From positions 1 to 15,226 of the IMG/VR virus record IMGVR_UViG_3300045988_083488: 15,226 bases of DNA. The stretch is one strand, 5' to 3'. A model generated the notes under the pieces. It did not search any database. It was not told the DNA's origin and saw nothing but the letters and a program-made list of their open reading frames with translations. This document shows positions 13,553-15,226 of the stretch, piece by piece. This DNA is from a virus. The translations under genes and the position numbers were made by a program. How positions within the stretch are numbered: the first letter of the stretch is position 1; each line of letters opens with the position of its first letter.

Positions 13553-14392
13553 ATGGCAAATGAATTAAACCCTTTAGTTACTTTACTTTGTTGTGATATA
13601 CCTAGCGTGTACAGTAATAAACAAAGCTATTACGAGTGTTTATGTTATATCGGTTATAAAGTGAATGAGTGTATTGACGCAATTAACGGCTTTACAGACG
13701 CATATAAGCAGTATACAGATGAAAAAATTGCAGGATTGAAAGCCTATATTGATGGTCTTAACACTGATATCTATAAGCATATCGCAGAAGTAGAAAAAAA
13801 TATCCGAGATGATATGAATAAAAAAGATACCGAACTTGATGAAAAAATAAATAAAGTTCAAACACAACTTCTTGATAAGATTGGCACATTGAATATTTTG
13901 ATATATGACTTAAATGCTGAGACAAGAGCGCATATTGATACAGAGGTAAAAAAGCTATATGATTATATCAATGATTATGTTCCTAATAACATGGAAGTGT
14001 TAAACCCTGTAAAGGGTTATCGAACAAGTTTGAACCAAGCGTTAGCTGATATGTATGATAATCTACGGTATTATGCTTTAACGTGTAATGAATTTGATTC
14101 ATTAAATTTGACTTGTACAGAGTTTGACGAGTTATTAATTAACTGCACAGAATTTGACTTATACAGTGCAAAAAGATTTCGCGTTGATAGTAACTTATAC
14201 ATGCATGACCCATTTACAGGGAAATATGTATTCTATCAAGATGTTATCTATAAACTCGCGGGGTTACACTTTAATAACCCTATTTCAGCTAGTGAGTTCG
14301 ACGCTTTATTATTGACCGTAGCAGGATTTGAAGCTAAGGCGTTAAGTGCTTACACTTTCGACAGCAACGCTAAAACGGCGTTACATTTATAA
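13553..14392 (+). CDS. Fibre/appendage-associated structural protein with coiled coil and 10-residue EFD repeats
   Basis: The start is reassigned to ATG 13553, 6 nt after AAGGAGGTG. The N-terminus reads QSYYECLCYIGYKVNECI and is followed by heptad-like helices. There are two blocks of three decapeptide repeats, at nt 14078-14167 and 14282-14371. Confidence 0.45.
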   Translation: MANELNPLVTLLCCDIPSVYSNKQSYYECLCYIGYKVNECIDAINGFTDAYKQYTDEKIAGLKAYIDGLNTDIYKHIAEVEKNIRDDMNKKDTELDEKINKVQTQLLDKIGTLNILIYDLNAETRAHIDTEVKKLYDYINDYVPNNMEVLNPVKGYRTSLNQALADMYDNLRYYALTCNEFDSLNLTCTEFDELLINCTEFDLYSAKRFRVDSNLYMHDPFTGKYVFYQDVIYKLAGLHFNNPISASEFDALLLTVAGFEAKALSAYTFDSNAKTALHL

Positions 14393-14410
14393 ATTAAGGA
14401 GGAATAAAAA

Positions 14411-15115
14411 ATGAGTTCAACAAACAAAACAACTTATTATGATTTAAGTCAGTATATCGGGACTGACAAGCCGACATATTTAGGAGATTATAATTCTGAT
14501 ATGTCTAAAATTGATGCGGGAATTCACGGTGCAGATGATAAAGCTACCACAGCTTCACAAAATGCAGGAAGTGCAATTGCTAGAGTCGGTGAAGTAGAAA
14601 AAACAATAAAAACACATACTGGAAGTATTTCATTATTACAGACTGATGTTTCGGGTCTAAAAGAAAGTGTAAAAACAGCACAGAATACAGCAACAGAGGG
14701 TAGTCAAAAAGCTGACAATGCACAGCAGACAGCGAACAGCGCACTTTTGACAGCTAATAACGCTAGTTCAAAAGCTGACAACGTAAATAAAGATACAACA
14801 CTGTGGACAGGTTCTATTAAAAATCAAACAGTTACTCTAAATGACAGTTTAACTAATTACAGATTTTTATACATTGAGACTGACGAGGGCGTATCTCCTA
14901 TATTTCCTTTTAGAAACGACAAAAAATCTTATTGCGGAGCACAGCAAGTTATATCACCTCAAGGCTCATCGGTTGCTACAATCTCTATACAGATTAAAGT
15001 TGTTGATGATACACATATTACTATTTATACGAACGCAATGGATCATGCGTTCGGAAGTACACACCCAGGACTTGATGCAAGAACTACTCTAGGTGTGTAT
15101 GGTATCCCGAGATAA
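14411..15115 (+). CDS. Tail fibre / receptor-binding protein candidate
   Basis: The N-terminal TYYDLSQYIGTDKPTYLGDYNSDMSKIDAGI matches the common fibre N-terminal motif (Y-L--P-g-D...-N-N---ID). A Gln/Ala/Asn-rich coiled coil follows. The C-terminus is a beta-rich knob (TLWTGS...VTLNDSLTNYRFLYIE). Confidence 0.55.
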   Translation: MSSTNKTTYYDLSQYIGTDKPTYLGDYNSDMSKIDAGIHGADDKATTASQNAGSAIARVGEVEKTIKTHTGSISLLQTDVSGLKESVKTAQNTATEGSQKADNAQQTANSALLTANNASSKADNVNKDTTLWTGSIKNQTVTLNDSLTNYRFLYIETDEGVSPIFPFRNDKKSYCGAQQVISPQGSSVATISIQIKVVDDTHITIYTNAMDHAFGSTHPGLDARTTLGVYGIPR

Positions 15116-15133
15116 ACGAAGCTAAAAATTAAT

Positions 15134-15170
15134 AAAAATAACCTTGCCAATTTTGGTGAGGTTATTTTTT
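15134..15170 (+). terminator. Rho-independent terminator at the right end
   Basis: AAAAATAACCT (15134-15144) pairs with AGGTTATTTTT (15159-15169). An inner CCAA/TTGG pairing and a T-run complete the structure. It lies 19 nt after the last stop codon. Confidence 0.75.
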
Positions 15171-15174
15171 CGTG

Positions 15175-15226
15175 TTTTTTAACAAAATGTGGGACGTGGT
15201 CTCATTGGGAATAACGTAAGCCCTCT
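15175..15226. repeat. Right inverted terminal repeat
   Basis: It is the exact reverse complement of nt 1-52 and ends at the last base of the window. Confidence 0.97.

Larger units (their letters stand above)
1..15226. other. Apparently complete linear genome of a phi29-like protein-primed podophage
   Basis: A perfect ITR starts at base 1 and ends at the last base. The window holds a terminal-protein candidate, a protein-primed PolB, and full replication, packaging, lysis and virion modules. No integrase was seen. Confidence 0.8.

Noticed and set aside
13-13867. All minus-strand ORFs in the track (13-300, 787-972, 1665-1853, 2249-2524, 2728-2922, 3582-3845, 4349-4546, 4598-4810, 6334-6558, 7249-7494, 8475-8702, 8968-9183, 11077-11352, 12530-12778, 12729-12935, 13305-13559, 13640-13867)
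   Set aside because: Each lies antisense within a well-supported + strand gene or within the ITR. None has a Shine-Dalgarno site. Their products are low-complexity, Phe/Leu/Ile/Ser-rich sequences typical of spurious ORFs in AT-rich DNA.
1-15226. ITR-bounded element could be a transposon, casposon or linear plasmid
   Set aside because: No transposase or integrase is present. The content is a complete virion, packaging and lysis gene set plus a terminal protein and a protein-primed PolB. This is the standard architecture of a phi29-like phage chromosome.

Overview
The window looks like a complete, AT-rich, linear genome of a phi29-like (protein-primed, Salasmaviridae/picovirus-type) podophage of a low-GC Gram-positive host. 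Nt 1-52 are the exact reverse complement of nt 15175-15226, so a perfect 52-bp inverted terminal repeat (ITR) touches both window edges. All 20 credible genes lie on the + strand with strong AGGAGG-type Shine-Dalgarno (SD) sites. From left to right: (1) an early block with three orphan genes, an AbrB/SpoVT-fold regulator, a terminal-protein candidate and a family-B DNA polymerase; (2) a second early unit with p6-like and p5-like DNA-binding proteins; (3) the gp16-like packaging ATPase; (4) a 250-bp non-coding region with its own consensus promoter; (5) a BhlA-like holin and a GH25 endolysin; (6) a tail-associated lysin; (7) scaffold, major capsid, tail knob, connector and lower collar; (8) two fibre-like proteins and a terminator. 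Homology calls rest on motif recognition and my recall of phi29 protein sequences, not on searches. The features most worth follow-up are listed below. (a) A 20-bp perfect palindrome, AATGTTTCACGTGAAACATT, recurs at cassette junctions and once inside a gene. (b) A promoter-driven, ORF-less, highly self-complementary locus sits right after the packaging ATPase gene; it may be a relocated pRNA (packaging RNA) or a lysis-cassette leader. (c) An AbrB-fold protein occupies the slot of the phi29 p4 regulator. (d) The ITR begins with a reiterated AG dinucleotide. (e) The late-gene order is permuted relative to phi29, and transcription is strictly unidirectional. No tRNA, CRISPR array, integrase or lysogeny module was seen.
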